Shown: in pieces, positions 60,037 through 64,000 of the stretch
Numbering within the stretch: position 1 is the stretch's first letter
Layout: the number at the start of each line of letters is the position of its first letter
The notes under the pieces: model-generated
Seen by the model: only the letters and a program-made list of their open reading frames with translations
Database searches by the model: none
What the model was told of the DNA's origin: nothing
Program-made: the position numbers and the translations under genes
Assembly: GCF_964204645.1 (NCBI RefSeq)
Contig: NC_134030.1
Location: 16,306,110 to 16,370,109, forward strand
Length of the DNA stretch: 64,000 nt
Source: Tubulanus polymorphus
Lineage: Eukaryota; Animalia; Nemertea
Direction: 5' to 3'

Positions 60037-63000
60037 TGAAATGCCTCGAAACATAAAGATGAAAGCCAGAGATCCTCGATTATTTGATACCATTAAACGC
60101 TTTATTCACTATCACAAAACACCATTGATTACGCTACCATTACCCACACGACCTTGACCTAAGTTCTATTGTCAGTCACCACTAAAGCACGGAGCAGAAC
60201 ATTACATCCCCCCTAAGTAGATATTAAGTAAATGATTAATTACTATAATGCTTTAACGGTCTAAATGCAGATCCTTTCTTAAAACACAATTAAAACAATC
60301 AAACCAAACTAAAATTCTTTAAGCGCAACAAATCAAACTACAGAATTAACACGGAATTAGATCTAATCAAATTATCATAACGTTTATAAAACACTACAAG
60401 TCCAATTTAACTGGAGCTGTTCTTATTCTGGTAGATCTTCGCAAAGCGGGTGCATCGGACGACTGTGGAACTATCACATACGGAGACGCGACAGTTGGCG
60501 TATGCGGAACGCAAGCACTGGCGATCGGCACAGTAGAATCAGATCTCAGAACATCTTTTCCAGCACGATTTTTCCGGGATACTAGGATCGATATCATCCG
60601 ACATAAACACATCGTCACTAGTGTCACGATTTTGACACGGAATGTCCGCATAGCCAGGCAGTTTCTTGAAGAACGATGCATTTCGAGTCACAGACCTATA
60701 ATCGGGACCTGTTGTGGTTATTGTAGTCCCTTTCTTACGCGATATTGTGAGTGGCACTATCTCATACGGAGTGTTGCCTTTCATCATATTGAACGGCCTT
60801 CTCACAAGTACATTGTCGCTGATTTCGAGGTTGCCTGGTTTGACATAATTCTTACTGTCCGCATATTCTTTAATTTACTTTTGCGCCGTGTCATGCTTCC
60901 TAATTAAATCTGCAATTGGGTCGTGTTCCGGAAGCTGAGGAAGCTTGTTCCTTACACCCCTTTTCAGAAAGAGGGTAGCAGGCGCAACACCGGTTGTGCA
61001 GTGAGGAGCAGTGCGATAGCTCCTGAGGAAAGCTTCAAGAGCCTACTTCCAGTTCTCCCCGGCAGCCTTTGCCACCTTCACATGCTTCTTAAGGGTCTTT
61101 ACGAAATTCGCAACCTCGCTGTTGGCTGGTGGCCACAATGGCGTTCCTTTACGGTGATGGAAGGATAACACGTGGGCAAAGTGAGCAAACTCACTGCCAT
61201 TATCCGATTTCACTGTCCCCGGAGGACCGAACATCGCAAATATTTTATCAAGTTTCGGGATCACGGCAGGTGCGCTAGTACTACTGACCGGTTCCACGAA
61301 CGGATAACGCGAATAATCATCTATCAAGATCATGACTGTTACACCGTTGATACTGGCGAAGTCGACGCTGGTTTCCTCGAACGGCGCATTCGGTAAAATA
61401 GTCATTCGGAGTCGTTCTCGAACAGTAACCGGCGTAGCGATTTGACACGGAAGACTCGATTTGACTCTCTGCTCGACTAGTTTGTTCATAAGAGGGAACC
61501 AGACCTTCTCCCTAAGCAAGGCTTTGGTTTTCACGATTCCCAGGTGCCCTTCGTGTGCAATTTCGATTGTCTTTGACTGTAAGGCCGCTGGAATGACGAT
61601 TCGATTTGATTTTAGGAGTAGAGAGTCATGGCACGTTAGCTCCACTTTAACCTGTTCATAACGCGCGAGTTCTGACGCAGAGACTTCTGGTGGCGGGTCG
61701 TACCACCGTCCAGTCCTTACGGCAGCGAAAACTGCTTGCAGCACTGGATCGTCAGCTGTGGCATCCTTCACTTCTTGCAGAGTCATAGCCCTGGGTATAG
61801 CATTGTATGCAACATACGCGACATACTCGTCAGCACAGTTTTTATCTCCGCTTATCCCTGCATCGACAGGGTGCCTGGATGCATAATCAGCTGGATTTGT
61901 CTTTCCAGGCTGATATTCCACTACAAAGCGATATCGTTGTAACTCCATCAGCCATCTTTCTATCCTGGCTGAAGGTTTTGAGGTCGGGTTGTTATATAGC
62001 GACACGGGAGGTTGATGGTTGGTTACAATGGTGAACTCCTTTCCGTACAGGTAAAGGTGGAAACGCCTGACGGACCAGTAAATGGCGAGCGCTTCGCGAT
62101 CAATTTGCGGATATCGAGCCTCGGTCGCTGACAGAGGATGACTCGCGAAGTGTATTGGAGTTATCACATTACGATTAGGTTCTTTCTGGGCAAGAACTGC
62201 GCCAAGCCCGATCGGAATAAATCAAGGTGGTTTTGGCAGATAGGGCAGCTTTAAGTTGATCCAAGGCCAACTGCTGTTCGGAACACCGGGTCCAATCTAC
62301 ACCCTTGCACGTCAATTTCCGTAGCGGTCTGGTGATGAGCGCGAAATCTTTGATGAATCGAGAACAGAACGCTGCGGAACTAAGCAGGCTACGAATCTCT
62401 GTTACGTTGGTCGGTGAAGAGATCTACCTAACGAGGGTCAGGTGAGATACCATCTTTTCCGAACTCATGCCCAAAGAATATCATCTCACGTACGCCAAAC
62501 AAACATTTCGGGATGTTGATTGTGAGATTGTTGTCTGATAATCGCTGAAGTACACTGCAAAGACGTTGATCATGTTCTCGTTGATTGACGCCTCCTACAT
62601 AGATATCATCGCTTATGTTTCTGACGCCAGGGATACCTGCAATGACATCACTGATTCGTTTCTGGAAAACCTCCGCTGAGCATGACATGCCAAAATTCAG
62701 TCGTTTATATCTGAACAACCCTATATGCGTAGAAAAGGTTGTCAGATGTCGCGAGTCCGGGTGCAGCAAGATTTGATGATATCCTTGCTTTAAATCGAGC
62801 TTGCTGTGAACACCGTGCATCCATTTAAGTCAGATGCAATATCATCAATGGTCGGAATTACATGCCGTTCCCGAATTATTGCTCTATTAACAGATCGCAT
62901 GTCAACACAGATACGTATCTGATTCGGGTCATGCGGTTTCGATCAGTGATATCCAAGGGGTAGGACCTTCGGATGGTTCAATTATGTCTGTCTCTTCAAG

Positions 63001-64000
63001 ATCTCAGAGATTTTCTTCAACTCGCTTTCGAACATGGAACGGAATGCGACGATGCGGTTGCGCTACAGGTTTAACTGACGCATCTACATGCACGCGCACA
63101 GGCTCTCCTACGCAGGCGCCCATTCCCGATAAAACATTTGGGAATCGCTTTACGACATCCGGTATATTTGAATCAGACTGGTTTTCCGTACTCGTCATTT
63201 TTGGTTTCTCTGGATCGGATTGCGCATTATCGCTCACAGAATTTGCCACTTTGATGAGACAAAGTTTTTGCGAAGTCTCCCGGCTAAGTAACGAGCTACT
63301 GGGGCCAGACACAACGTATACGGTCTCCCTACAAGATGCGCGATTGTTGCATAATTCAGCTTCGAATTTACCAAGCAGGTCCAACGGTTTTTCCGACTTA
63401 TACGGAAAAATGCGAGATTTCGATTGAATCAGTGTAGGTCTCGGATACAAGTTGAGGTAGACATTGTGGTTGAGAACATTAACGGTTGCATCAGAATCTG
63501 CCATAACGCGGGTCTTGGTAACACTCACTGATATATCGAAGAACGGTTTAGAGCGAGTCATATCAGCAGTATAATGATTTGCACGAAATACATACTCATC
63601 ATCGCTGCTTTGATGAGCTAAGGTTGCGGTGATTGCAGCCTCCTCAGTAGGTGAGGAACCAACGACATGAGTCTGTTTTCGGTTCCTATTGTTAGGTTGT
63701 CTACGTGAGTTGTAGTCTCGATTTCGACTAGGGTCACGGTTACGGTTTCGCTCTGACTGGTTCGGCTTTCCACGACACATTCTAGCAAAATGGTTACGCT
63801 TGTCCCTTCGCAGGACATAGTGTCCGGTGAGGATATACACCACCACACAATCCACAGATTCTTGTATCTGACCAGTTCCGATTCGGTTGACTTGGTCTAT
63901 TCAACATCGCACGTTTCCATGGTAGATTCACTCTCGACTTATTCATTGGTGCTGACAGTGCATGTGACGTATGTTGTTCCATCTCTATGTCCGCTCATCA
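60037..64000 (-). mobile_element. Ty3/Gypsy LTR retrotransposon (5' part outside the window)
   Basis: 170-bp 3' LTR at 60037-60206 (TGTAATG...CATTTCA on the minus strand, with AATAAA), preceded by the PPT AGGGGGGA. Confidence 0.93.
60394..64000 (-). pseudogene. Gypsy gag-pol (zinc knuckle, protease, RT, RNase H, integrase), frameshifted
   Basis: HFARMCR knuckle, ADSDATVN, KLDLKQGYHQI, RLNFG, ISDDI, YPQIDREALA, HEGHLGI, DDYSRYP, SDNG, LRRSTR. Confidence 0.93.

Overview
Repeat-rich animal genomic DNA, probably from an aquatic invertebrate (inference from the transposon repertoire). (1) About 778-12600 is a very AT-rich, partly decayed Polinton/Maverick-like endogenous virus. It encodes a chromodomain retroviral-type integrase, an A32/FtsK-like packaging ATPase, probable major and minor capsid proteins, a multi-zinc-finger protein, a putative OB-fold protein and about six predicted membrane proteins. 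No DNA polymerase, protease or right-hand TIR is visible. Thirteen of its 14 inferred gene starts read TAAATG, five of them preceded by a T-run and a 6-7 bp spacer, which is the architecture of poxvirus late promoters. It also has two related hairpins at the junction of its convergent gene blocks, a large right-end hairpin, and a 37-bp GC-rich palindromic motif embedded in two different genes. My best candidate for a new system is therefore a virophage-like satellite that borrows the late transcription machinery of a pox-like large DNA virus. (2) A full-length BEL/Pao LTR retrotransposon (18475-25988, TSD AAGAT), apparently nested in a larger TIR-bounded element. (3) An internally deleted PHD-FLYWCH Mutator element, several MITEs, Helentron-type (HINE) elements and a decayed hAT. 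(4) One host gene, PIH1D2, with four coding exons (36929-51318, 340 aa). (5) A solo LTR, CR1/L2 LINE fragments and a Gypsy element running off the right edge. The palindrome TAGGCCTA is strongly over-represented and appears to arise by GGCCTA insertion after TA. All family assignments come from motif recognition by eye, not database searches.
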